Below are positions 31,848 to 41,520 of a DNA stretch of 64,000 nucleotides, piece after piece. Within the stretch, counting starts at the first letter, position 1. Each line of letters begins with the position of its first letter. A program made the translations under genes and the position numbers. Below the pieces are notes generated by a model. The model was not told the origin of the DNA. It did not search any database and was given only the letters and a program-made list of their open reading frames with translations. This DNA comes from Paramoeba atlantica (taxonomy: Eukaryota > Protista > Discosea), in NCBI GenBank assembly GCA_977017575.1, contig CDRNVI010000041.1, positions 62,001-126,000 on the forward strand, written 5' to 3'.

Positions 31848-32145
31848 AGTGTATCTTTGTGGAAAGTAGAGCGCGGTTGAATCATCCAGTTCATACGTCT
31901 CCAATCCTTGCAAGTACGTCTTCAAAAGCAGGACTTAAAATGGCGTACCATCTTTATGGACTTACATGATCATTTATTTAGTCTTAGCATTTATTATAAT
32001 GCTGAAACGTTAGTAGGCGTACCCTGTCTCAATTTTCACATACAGTAGCTCATTCGCCCTATTAATCGCTTCTTAGCGTACTACTTTACTAACAATTATT
32101 GCAATTAAAATAAAAATCATTTTTTAGGTGAAAGGACGATTTTTA

Positions 32146-32688
32146 ATGCTGCGGAGTCTATGGTTCCGACAAGCGTTCGCTGGTACCCCTACACAATATC
32201 CTTACAAGCCCAAAAATACCAAATGGCATGTCACAGAAAGGTACCGCAAGCAGCGTTTCTGCTACTTGAAGCCCGGAAAATTCATGAGAAATACATGTCC
32301 ACTACAGAAACAAGCGAAAGTGTACTGCGTGGATAATTCAAACTGCAGGCAGTTCTACCTGTTGGAACAAATTGATGAGGCGACACATAATCACCGTATG
32401 GTGCCCGTTGTCGTACGTCGTGTGGCTGTGCTTCGTTTTAAGAGTGGAGAAGAAGCGCAGCCGCGACAAAAACTGATTCCCGGAACTATTATGTATGCAG
32501 TTGTATTGACCAGACGCCAAATGCAACTGAGGCACAGTGGGCTTGGTATTCAATTTGACCGCAATACAGGTATTCTACTGAACGATAAATATGCCCCTTT
32601 AGGGACTCGCATTATGTACGCCGCTGGGCGGCACATCAATCATAGGTTTTTTCTTAAAACCGCTGTTATGGCTAATCTTATTGTATAA
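32146..32688 (+). CDS. mitochondrial ribosomal protein uL14m
   Basis: KVYCVDNS and AVVLTRR..IQFDRNTGILLN..PLGTRI match the L14 fold; MLRSLWFR presequence-like start at 32146. Confidence 0.8.
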   Translation: MLRSLWFRQAFAGTPTQYPYKPKNTKWHVTERYRKQRFCYLKPGKFMRNTCPLQKQAKVYCVDNSNCRQFYLLEQIDEATHNHRMVPVVVRRVAVLRFKSGEEAQPRQKLIPGTIMYAVVLTRRQMQLRHSGLGIQFDRNTGILLNDKYAPLGTRIMYAAGRHINHRFFLKTAVMANLIV

Positions 32689-32857
32689 TGTGTTGGATGA
32701 TTCTTCGATTATTGTGGTAGGTTATCGTGGACTTGTGTTAGGCGTTGAAGTACCTTGTTGAAATATTCTGTGCTTCACACCAAGTGCTAAACTATTCCCG
32801 TAGCATAGTTCATCAACTACTAGGCCTTTAAGTTGCTTTTAATTTTTATTGTCGTAC

Positions 32858-33682
32858 ATGGACGAGGAAAGTGTTCCATCTACTCGTGGAGGCAAAGTTT
32901 GTGGAGCATCGCTACCCCAGGAATATTCTATGGATCTTTTTCTTCGCAATGTCACTAATCGTCATTCATCGTGGTCTACCTTGACGCCTGCCTGTAAGTG
33001 GAACCTTGTTACTTGCGCACAGGAAAATCATGTTATTGAAATTGAATGGGACGATCGCGATCTACAGGGGACACTTTCGTGGTCCCACTTACCGATAACC
33101 ACTACGTGGCTTACTCTCGGAACGATGTGGGACAGTGGTGCTCACAATATTCTTGAAGGTGCAATACCGGTCGAAGTCCTTCCTCCCTTTCTCTCGCGGT
33201 TAGATTTATATAATAATGCATTTAACGGTGAATTTTTATTTACGAAACTTCCTCCAGGTCTCACATGTTTAGGACTTTCGGATAACGATTTATGTGGTGT
33301 CGTTGATTGTACCGGACTCCCACAAGGTCTTTTCTCGCTTAGGATCGATAACAACTCATTTTCAGGCCAACTTGTTCTGACTTCGCTTCCACCACACCTC
33401 ACCACTTTTTCTGCAAGGAATAACAATTTTGAAGGTCCGATTATGCTTAACAACCTTCCGTCCGGGTTGACCTACTTAGACGTTTCAAAAAATAATCTCT
33501 TGGGAAAGCTTGATTTCCGAGGATTGCCTTCCCGATTGACGTATCTATATCTAAATGAAAATAATTTTAGCGGACAATTAGATCTTTCACTTCTCCCTCC
33601 ATTTATTAATTTTTTTAATATAAAGCACAACTCCTTTGAACTACTGCTAAGTCCGCCAAATGGCTGCACTTTAATTGTTTGA
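32858..33682 (+). CDS. leucine-rich repeat protein with N-terminal LRRNT-type cap
   Basis: SSWS..ACKWNLVTC cap, then about seven 23-aa repeats LPxxLxxLxLxxNxFxGxLxLxx. Confidence 0.88.
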   Translation: MDEESVPSTRGGKVCGASLPQEYSMDLFLRNVTNRHSSWSTLTPACKWNLVTCAQENHVIEIEWDDRDLQGTLSWSHLPITTTWLTLGTMWDSGAHNILEGAIPVEVLPPFLSRLDLYNNAFNGEFLFTKLPPGLTCLGLSDNDLCGVVDCTGLPQGLFSLRIDNNSFSGQLVLTSLPPHLTTFSARNNNFEGPIMLNNLPSGLTYLDVSKNNLLGKLDFRGLPSRLTYLYLNENNFSGQLDLSLLPPFINFFNIKHNSFELLLSPPNGCTLIV

Positions 33683-34209
33683 AATTCAAACATTCTAAAT
33701 AGCCCTTTTTTTAAGTGATCATTATGGTCAAATCTCCCCTTTTTTCCCCCGAATATTTAAACGTTTTGAACGGCACTCCAAATACTAAATTTTTAATTGT
33801 ATTTCATCAGCTCATCTTCTGAGGCTGAAATAAAGGCCATTCGTGCTTTCAATTTCCCATTTCTCTCGTTCATGTGTTGTCCATACAGTATCGACACCCT
33901 ACAGAACTTTATAAGTGTATCACACCTTTTGTCAACCTGGTGTACCACAATTTGAGCCGTAGAACTCTTATTTTCTATACAATATAATTTTCTATACTCT
34001 TATTTTCTATACTATAATGTCCCCGAATGTCTTGGTTTAAATAAGTCAATGTCTTCTCTTTTGTCAATACCAATCTAGAAGGCTTGTAAAATTGCTCAAC
34101 TCGAAAAAACTTCGACGTATTTTTTTTCGGAAAAAAATGGGGGATAAAAAGGGAGATTCCACCATCATTATCAGTAATTGTTTATTAATAGAAACTTCAA
34201 TTAAGGGTA

Positions 34210-35355
34210 GGCACTTCCTCCTGCAGAATAGGTTACAGTTCAAATGTATTGATTTATGTATTGAGTTCGGTGGGGTGTAGCAAAAATTCCCTTTTCATAG
34301 ATGGAAGGTCATTAAAGTGATGGATGAAGATAGGTGGAAGGTCAGTGGGAAAATGTGGTTCACCTACGGGAATGGGTGAAAGCAGTAAAGCGTGAGAGGA
34401 GTGTTCTGGGGGGAAAGGTGGAGGAGAAATCTCAACAGGTACGCTCTTTAACCGAGAAGTGCAACATAAAGTTGGAATTGCAACGGAAAGGTGAACGACA
34501 ACGACGTGCTACTAATATTTTTTGAAGAAGTCACCTTTAATTTAAAGATGGGAAGTGGCGTTGTATTTTAGAACGTACTGTGCAACCGCTGTCAACATAT
34601 AAACCGTTTATTTATAACCATTGCTTTTCTTCCTGGACGTGATACTATGTTTGAAAGAACATTATGCAAAGTGTCAAAACTTTCATTTCGAGTGTATACG
34701 GCAGCCAAAATCTCACCAATTTCATTGTGAACCACAAAGTGAGAACGAAACGGTGCTTCTCCACGTAGCCGAATGCACTTTGCGGTCTCGAAAGTATGAT
34801 ACATTGCAAGCACTGTACTAGTAAGCTCGGACGTATGATTGTCGCACTCCACCTGGCGCTGCTGGAGTAATGAAATCAAAACATCCTGAAAATGATCCAC
34901 TGACGGAGTCATCCATTCTTGTGAAATTCGATTTGAAATCGCTTCCACGCAATTAGGATCCCAGCGAAATCCATATTTTTCCGTGTGCTTTAATTCAGAA
35001 AAGTATCTTTCATCGCGCTTATTACTCAGATATTGCAACATCCACTGATGGTACCATGAAATTCACTCATATTAGAACCACTAGTTCCTATTTCCATAAT
35101 GGCCATCGAAAGTCGTCTAGTCATCCCCAATTTCTCAGTTTTAATAATAGGAAATATGAAGTTCAGGCTCAATAGTACACAACTTTCATAGGAACTACTA
35201 AGTTCAGACTCAATAATAGAAACACATTTCAGTTACATGTACTACTGAGTTTACTATTGAGTTTTTGCAATCCAGATGCGTACAACTCAATAGAGAACTC
35301 ACTAGTGACTCTTCCACTCAATAGTTGCTGTCATTATGGCGGAACAAACACACAC
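34210..35355 (-). mobile_element. internally deleted second copy of the Mutator-like element, head-to-tail with the full copy
   Basis: 34210-34525 repeats 35356-35670; ~34545-35150 repeats the transposase (37718-37771 and ~38529-39097); 35153-35355 repeats 39911-40106. Confidence 0.9.
34545..35150 (-). pseudogene. Mutator-like transposase fragment
   Basis: about 10 substitutions in ~142 aa versus the full copy, including catalytic MDHTF->MYHTF; frameshifted at the AMVI site; truncated at both ends. Confidence 0.88.
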
Positions 35356-35961
35356 GGCACTTCCGCCGGCAGAAGAGGTTACAGTTCAATTGTATTGATT
35401 TATGTATTGAGTTCGGTGGGGTGTAGCAAAAATCCATTATTTCATTGATGGAAGGTCATGAAAGTCAAGGATGAAGATAGGTGGAAGGTCAGTAGGAAAA
35501 TGTGGTTCACCGACGGGAAAGGGTGAAAGCATAAAAGCGCGAGAGGAGTGTTCTGGGGGGAAAGGTGGAGAAGAAATCTCAACAGGTATGCTCTTTAGCC
35601 GAGAAGTGCAACATAAAGTTGGAACTGCAACAGAAAGGTGAACGACAACGACGTGCTACTAATAATTTTTGGAGACATTCATGATTTTTGCGATTGCACT
35701 TAAAGGAAGAACATGTATATTAAGTTTTTTAGTAAGTACCAAGTTTACTGAGTCAAAAACCGAAAAAGAGGGAAAAGTCAGGGGGCGGAGATCAGTCAGG
35801 AAGGAGGTGTAGCGTTGATGAAGGTGCAGAGTCGTGCGTATTTTTTAAACTATGAAGACAAAATTAGGAACCTAATCTTTAATTTATCCTTTACGTATTC
35901 CTTTAACTACTGTTTTTACGAAATGTTTCTTAAAAAGCAAATTCTCCTTTGCCTCAACGGA

Positions 35962-37771
35962 TTACAGAGCAACATTTTCCGTATTCTCAAAGCCGTCTAC
36001 TTCTATTCGCGAATCTCTATTCGGACATTTGCGTCCTCTCTTTTTTCTAGCATCCTCTTTTGCGCGAAGCTCGCCCATTATCTCATCATGCGACTTCACG
36101 TCCTCCGCGCATTCCTTGTAGCAAAGTCTGTTCTGATACGCAACCCGTAACTGATTAAAATCTCGAGGAAATCTATACTGGTCCTCATTTTCTTTGACGA
36201 CGGAGCTGAATCTTGATAAAACTTTCGGCCAAGGTATGTGCCTCGAAGATTTGTCGCGCACTTCATCGATGACACATTGCAGGAGCAAGCGCACTTCAAG
36301 GGGATTGAATTTCACGATCACGTTTCTTTGGCGAGGATCAATTCTTGGAGCATGTAAATGTGTTGCCAGGTGACATGCGTTGCTATTTCCTGTCGCGGTA
36401 AAATGTTGTACAGGTAAGTCATCAAACATTATGATCTCCTCGTGCGCCCCCAAACTTACATCAAAATCTGTATCAAAAGTTTTAAATATTCCTGCACCAG
36501 GGATATCAAGTACGCAAACACCGCATATTCTGTGCCTCTGCGGAGTTGGTGATACGGAATCGAAAGGAACCACTAGATATGGTACGTGTGAAAGCTCGTG
36601 CAAAACGAGTACAGTGCTTGAAATGACATTGGCAAGAGAGCGAACTAGGGGAAGAAATAATTGCCCGTGCGAAACCTTGGTTATAACTTCCTCGACGTCG
36701 TTCTCGGGCTTGCTCAAGTGTTCAAGAACTCGTTCGAACGTCGTATCTTTGTCCACCCGCGATGTATCGCACCGCAGAATACAGGGATCTCCCGCACACA
36801 AGTATTCAAGTGTGCTCATCATTGACGCTGCGGTGCACTCTCCACCTAGGAAACGCACCTTTTCCTCGTGCTTAGTTGGTGTAGCCGAAAGTGCGAAGTT
36901 AAATTCCACATCGTCTTTGCCAAGAAATACGGGCTCGCAACCAAACTTATTTTGCGCCCAGCTGCGAACATTACTCAGCTGATTGTCAGACAAGGAATGT
37001 GGGATAAGTGCATATCCATCCCCAGATTGAACAGGGTGAACATATTGTGTGAAGAACAGTTCATGAGTCGTTAGTTGTTTCGCCACAGGGAGAAGTGCAA
37101 AAGGACTATTACATAATCTTGCATCGTCCGCCCCCAGGAAGAGAGAAGAGAAGGTTTCTTTCAAGGTTCGAAACAACAGAGCGTCGAAACACATCGTATC
37201 CGGCGCTGATTTGAATCTCACAGCACATTTCACATTACTTCGATAAATAAAGCTCCTTGTCAGCGCGTCTACAGTTTCTGCTGAGCTACGCGCGCGAAGC
37301 TTCACTTTAGCTTTCAAACGAGAATGAAAACTTTCACAAATGTTGGTTCCTCGGCTGGAACGATACACCATATTCTTATCCACGCGCGTCAAATTCACAT
37401 CTGTAGGGTCACTGAGGCAGTCCCGCTCGATGTGGGCTATTGCGTACGGCCAGAGAGAAGCTAACTTGGGGTTCCATGTAAAGATGTCCGAATATTTTTC
37501 CTTCAGGAGTTCCATTTTGGAAAGTAATTTTGTCGGACGTGGAATAACTTTCTCATGCGCATCAAGATGTTCCTTTTTTGACAAAGCGATAGTAAGAGGC
37601 TCTACTACAGATCGGCAAAGCTCGGTGTAAAACATTTTCTGCCGATTTGATGCTGAAGTGCGTGGGATAACAGCTGCGAAACGGTGCAGCCAATGCCATA
37701 AATCGCATTTAATATGTGCAGATGGAAAGTGGCGTTGTATTTTAGAACGTACTGTGCAACAGTTGTCAACA
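35962..37771 (-). CDS. Mutator-like transposase, C-terminal part
   Basis: 37770 downward reads VDNCCTVRSKIQRHFPSAHIKCDLWHWLHRFAAVIPRTSASNRQK in frame into the 557-aa ORF at 37635 (HIERDCLSDP, RGTNICESFH). Confidence 0.85.
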
Positions 37772-37773
37772 TA

Positions 37774-37877
37774 CAGGGGTGGGCGCCTTCAGAGTGGGGG
37801 GGTCTAAAATTCGTAAAACTTGACCAATTTTGGAAAGTAATAGCGCATTCGAGAGCTCTCAAGTAGTCTGGTGTAAT
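37774..37877 (+). repeat. left terminal inverted repeat (104 bp)
   Basis: CAGGGGTGGGCGCCTTCAGAGTGGGGGGGTCTAAAATT...GTCTGGTGTAAT is the reverse complement of 38423-38526. Confidence 0.95.
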
Positions 37878-38001
37878 GGCAACATCCGTTTCCCGTTTTT
37901 AGACATTCGAGATAAATGACAGAAAAACAAGGAATTTATTTTTCCCCGAAGATGCAATTTTTCAGTTTTTTTGGCTTTTTTTTAGTTTTTTTGCGCCGTT
38001 A

Positions 38002-38308
38002 ATGCCTCAGAAACGTGTACGATCGCGAACATCACGGTTTCCCTTCCAGAGAGATGCTTATTCACCACCTGGGAAGGTAAGGCCGTCGCATCGCATGCTT
38101 CTCGTAGACCATTACTTTCGTTCTGGGTCCTACAATGCTACAGCATTCTCTCTTCTATCGAGAGATAGAAGATCTCCTCTCTTCTATCGAGAGTGCATAC
38201 GAGGCACTTCAAACCGATCTCAAGAGTACTTGCGTGAAGACCATAAAGAGTGTCTCCAAGCGCTTTCAAATCGTTATTGAGAAAAAAGGGGGAAATTGTG
38301 GGTACTGA
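38002..38308 (+). pseudogene. Tc1/mariner transposase stubs (HTH start joined out of frame to the extreme C-terminus)
   Basis: HRMLLVDHYFRSGSYNAT resembles a mariner N-terminal HTH start; 38165-38308 reads IEDLLSSIESAYEALQTDLKSTCVKTIKSVSKRFQIVIEKKGGNCGY*, like the Tc1 C-terminus (SM.kR.qavI..kGG.TkY*). Confidence 0.75.
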
Positions 38309-38422
38309 GATTTTTTTTGGAAAAAAAGGACTTTTTCGCTTAAAAAATAAAGTTGCAATTCGTGTTTGGGACCATTCTAGTTTTCTTTGATTCCCGTAAA
38401 CTTTCGCAGAGTGCTTTTTACG

Positions 38423-38526
38423 ATTACACCAGACTATTTGAGAGCTCTCGAATGCGCTATTACTTTCCAAAATTGGTCAAGTTTTACAAATTTTAGACCC
38501 CCCCACTCTGAAGGTGCCCACCCATG
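38423..38526 (-). repeat. right terminal inverted repeat (104 bp)
   Basis: ATTACACCAGAC...CCCCCCCACTCTGAAGGTGCCCACCCATG pairs with 37774-37877. Confidence 0.95.
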
Positions 38527-39713
38527 TATATAACCATTGCTTTGCTTCCTGGACGTGATGCTATGTTTGAAAGAACATTGTGCAAAGTGTCAAAACTTTC
38601 ATTTCGAGTGTATACGGCAGCCAAAATCTCACCAATTTCATTGTGAACAACAAAGTGAGAACGAAAAGGTGCTTCCCCACGCAGTCGAATGCACTTTGCG
38701 GTCTCGAAAGTATGATCCATTGCAAGCACTGTACCAGTCAGCTCGGACATATAGTTGTCACACTCCACCTGGCGCTGCTGGAGTAATGAAATCAAAACAT
38801 CCTGAAAATGATCCACTGATGGAGTCATCCATTCTTGTGAAATTCGATTTGAAATCGCTTCCACGCAATTAGGATCCCAGCGAAATCCAAATTTTTCCGT
38901 GTGCTTTAATTCAAAAATGTGTCTTTCATCGCGCTTATTACTCAGATACTGCAACGTCCGCTGATGGTAATCGACGGCATACACTTCTTGCAGAATACCT
39001 TGAAATTCACTCATATTAGAACCACTAGTTCCTATTGCCATAATGGCCGTTGAAAGTCGTCTAGTCATCCCCAATTTCTCAGTTTTAATAATAGGAAAGG
39101 AATTTCGTGCCTTGTGGGACAGGCTGGAAATTAAGCTCTTTTCATCACTTGATATTACCTTACGACACTCAGTGCTACGACATTGATACACTTCACAAAG
39201 ATAGTACATTGGTGTCGAAAGATCAAAAATCCGACGCACAGGAGAAAGCTTCATGAAAGTCAATCGCTCTTTGCAATGAAGACAGTGTAGGTTTTCTTTT
39301 TCGCCTTGGCGCATGGGCGCCCATATGATCCATGGCAAGGTAAAAAACGTTTCCAATGAACTCCTAGGCTCCGGAGAAAAGAACCAAAGGGAAGTACATG
39401 TAGTTTTTGTTTTTAATTCTTCGTATGCCCTTCGAATTGCCGTGACTTGATGTGAAGACATTCCTGTTTCGAGCAAATGCGTCCAATATTTTGTCACTTC
39501 TGTTCGTTCGTGTGTGGTTTCTTCTGGGCGAGAAGCGAACCGACAAAGCTCCGAATTTTCGGCTACTACACGCGAAAGGGTGGTTGAAAGTTCGTTGTTC
39601 CTTTTTTCCATTTCCTCAATTTGTGTTTCTAGCTTTTTGATGCTTCCCGTAAGTTGCTTCTTTTCCTTGGCCATTGTTTGGATGACGTTCAGTAGGTCCG
39701 TTTCACAAGACAT
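38527..39713 (-). CDS. Mutator-like transposase, N-terminal part (coiled coil, Cys-rich DUF6729-like domain, first catalytic Asp)
   Basis: PWIIWAP..HCLHC..VRRIFDL..YQC..EC; VLAMDHTFETAK; HNEIGEIL; the track ORF runs 10 more codons into the inserted TIR (stop at 38493). Confidence 0.85.
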
Positions 39714-39924
39714 GACTTAAATAATCAGAAATCTAGAAATGATTTTTAGAGTACCAGGAAAGTTCAATAGTTTTGTTTGTAAAGTGATCATCTTGAACAG
39801 TCAGGGTACAATAGCTGAGGCTTTAAACTCTCAAACATGTACTAGAAATCGTTTCTGGGAAAACAATTTTGACGAAATCAAAAAAAATTATTGGACTACA
39901 AAAAAATTAGGTATGAAGTTCAGA

Positions 39925-40043
39925 CTCAATAGTACACAAGTTTCATAGGAACTATTAAGTTCAGACTCAATAATAGAAACACACTTCAGTTACTATTGAG
40001 TTTACTATTGAGTTTTAGCAATCCAGATGCGTGCAACTCAATA
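39925..40043. repeat. cluster of five CTCAATA/TATTGAG subterminal motifs at the transposon 5' end
   Basis: copies at 39925, 39966, 39994, 40007 and 40037; five more at 35168-35323; single copies near the other end (34259, 35405). Confidence 0.75.
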
Positions 40044-40121
40044 GAGAACTCACTAGTGACTCTTCAACCCAATAGTTGCTGTCACTATGGCGGAACTAAC
40101 ACACACACTAAAAGTAATTAA

Positions 40122-40155
40122 AATTAAGGCAACTTTAATTAAGGCAACTTTAATT
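40122..40155 (+). repeat. 15-bp tandem repeat AATTAAGGCAACTTT
   Basis: two perfect units; related copies at 41803-41835 and 34193-34206, inverted part-copy at 41857-41866. Confidence 0.85.
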
Positions 40156-40930
40156 TCTTTTTTAGGCTCTTCGTTAAACGCGGTGGTTGTTTTCAACTTA
40201 GAAGTCACTCATGCTGCGCGCTTCGCGTTGAAAACTACCACTGCGTTTAACGAAGAGCCTAAAAAAGAAAATTTAGCCTGGAAAGCTGAAGAAAACGGAA
40301 AGATTATAGCCAAAAATAGCCGATTTTCGGATAAAAATGGGGTCATTTCGCTCTCAGAGCACTGAATCCGACATTTGCGTGTGGGAAATTCGTCGCTTTC
40401 TTTATGTTCTGACGATGGACTTCAATCGGAAGCATCACCAAACCATTGCTATCAGTAAAAACGAAATCAGTTTCTATGTCAGGGCGTCGACGTCGTCCTC
40501 GCGGTCTGAAGGATCTTGCGTGATTTGAGGACCTGGGCGATTTTCAGTGTTTAGGACCTCGGCAAGAGTTGCTCTACTTGGGCCAAGTCTTGTAGATCTC
40601 GTTCTAGAGCTCGTTTTCGGGTAGACGTTTACGTTTACTTTCGTTGTAGTGAGATAAGTATTTTGAAAAAAAGGGAAACTGAGTGAAACGCACCATGAAC
40701 TCTTTCCCATTCGCGAGAAGCTCTGCTCAGACCTAAGCTTTTCGCCATTTGCGTCATCATGACCTTTTCCGCTAGGGAAGAACGGTACTGCTTTGGGGTC
40801 TCTATATAATTTAGGTCGCCCAAGACCTTCGCTTCAAGGATGGTGAGCAAATATGCATCCATTTTTAAAAAAAAAACGAAATCTACTTTGTAACATACTT
40901 TTGTTCCTCACCATCTTTTTCGCATTAATA

Positions 40931-40983
40931 CGACTTTTGTTGACACAACTTTTGTTGCCTCGACTTTTGTTGAGATAACTTTT
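40931..40983 (+). repeat. 15-bp degenerate tandem repeat (C[G/A]ACTTTTGTTG)
   Basis: CGACTTTTGTTGACA / CAACTTTTGTTGCCT / CGACTTTTGTTGAGA / TAACTTTT. Confidence 0.8.
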
Positions 40984-41468
40984 TCCCCCCTGTATTGGGC
41001 AGGGAATGCGACTCCAACCACACCATTCTTCCGACCCAAAAAGACCCCTTTTTTGTCCCCGAAAATTACGTTTTCGCATTTTTTGGTCAAAAATGGGTCA
41101 TTTTGGGAGGCGTATCACGGCTTCGGGAAGCTATATCTCGCTAAAGCAATGGCGTAGAAAGCTAGAATAGGTCCCAAGCTATCAAAATACAATAGGCGAA
41201 ACAATTTTAGAAAAATATTTTAGATTAATGCCATCGAAAGTGTACCCCAAAATTGATTTTTTTGACTTTTTTATAGTTTTCATTTCTTCACCCCAGATTC
41301 ATATTCTGGTGCCTTTGCAACGTTTTTTCACCCATTTTTACATGCTTTCGTATACCTAGTTCAAACCTTCCTCAGTGACCCACTGTCGACGGTGGTTCAC
41401 GCTTTCCCATTTGTAGTCCCTCCCAAAGACGAAAATTGTGACGAGCGCATTCTGTCCAAATTCTGGTA

Positions 41469-41520
41469 CTGTGACCCCCCCCCCTTTAATATGGACAGGA
41501 GGTATCCCCCCCTTTATTTA
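41469..41520 (+). mobile_element. solo MITE-like terminus related to the 49810-50136 element
   Basis: TA|CTGTGACCCCCCCCCCTTTAATATG followed by a second CCCCCCCTTTA; partner end not found in the window. Confidence 0.55.

Larger units (their letters stand above)
37774..38526 (+). mobile_element. non-autonomous, internally deleted Tc1/mariner element (753 bp)
   Basis: TA at 37772-37773 and 38527-38528; 104-bp TIRs with 4 mismatches; transposase N- and C-terminal stubs inside. Confidence 0.92.
35356..40106 (-). mobile_element. Mutator-like (MULE-type DDE) DNA transposon, full-length copy carrying a nested Tc1/mariner insertion
   Basis: boundaries inferred from the duplicated flanks; encodes a split transposase with D (MDHTF), D (IYVD), DxxH (DLWH) and E (TNICESFH); opposite strand to all host genes. 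Confidence 0.8.

Noticed and set aside
36380-36982. 200-aa + strand ORF inside the transposon
   Set aside because: Antisense to the transposase; no motif
37774-38526. 753-bp insert as a canonical GT-AG intron
   Set aside because: On the coding strand it starts CATG and ends CCTG; the nearest GT/AG pair I tried leaves 20 extra nt and is out of frame; TIRs and the TA duplication indicate a transposon
40122-40983. Short periodic repeats as a CRISPR array
   Set aside because: 15-bp contiguous units with no unique spacers and no cas genes, in a eukaryotic context
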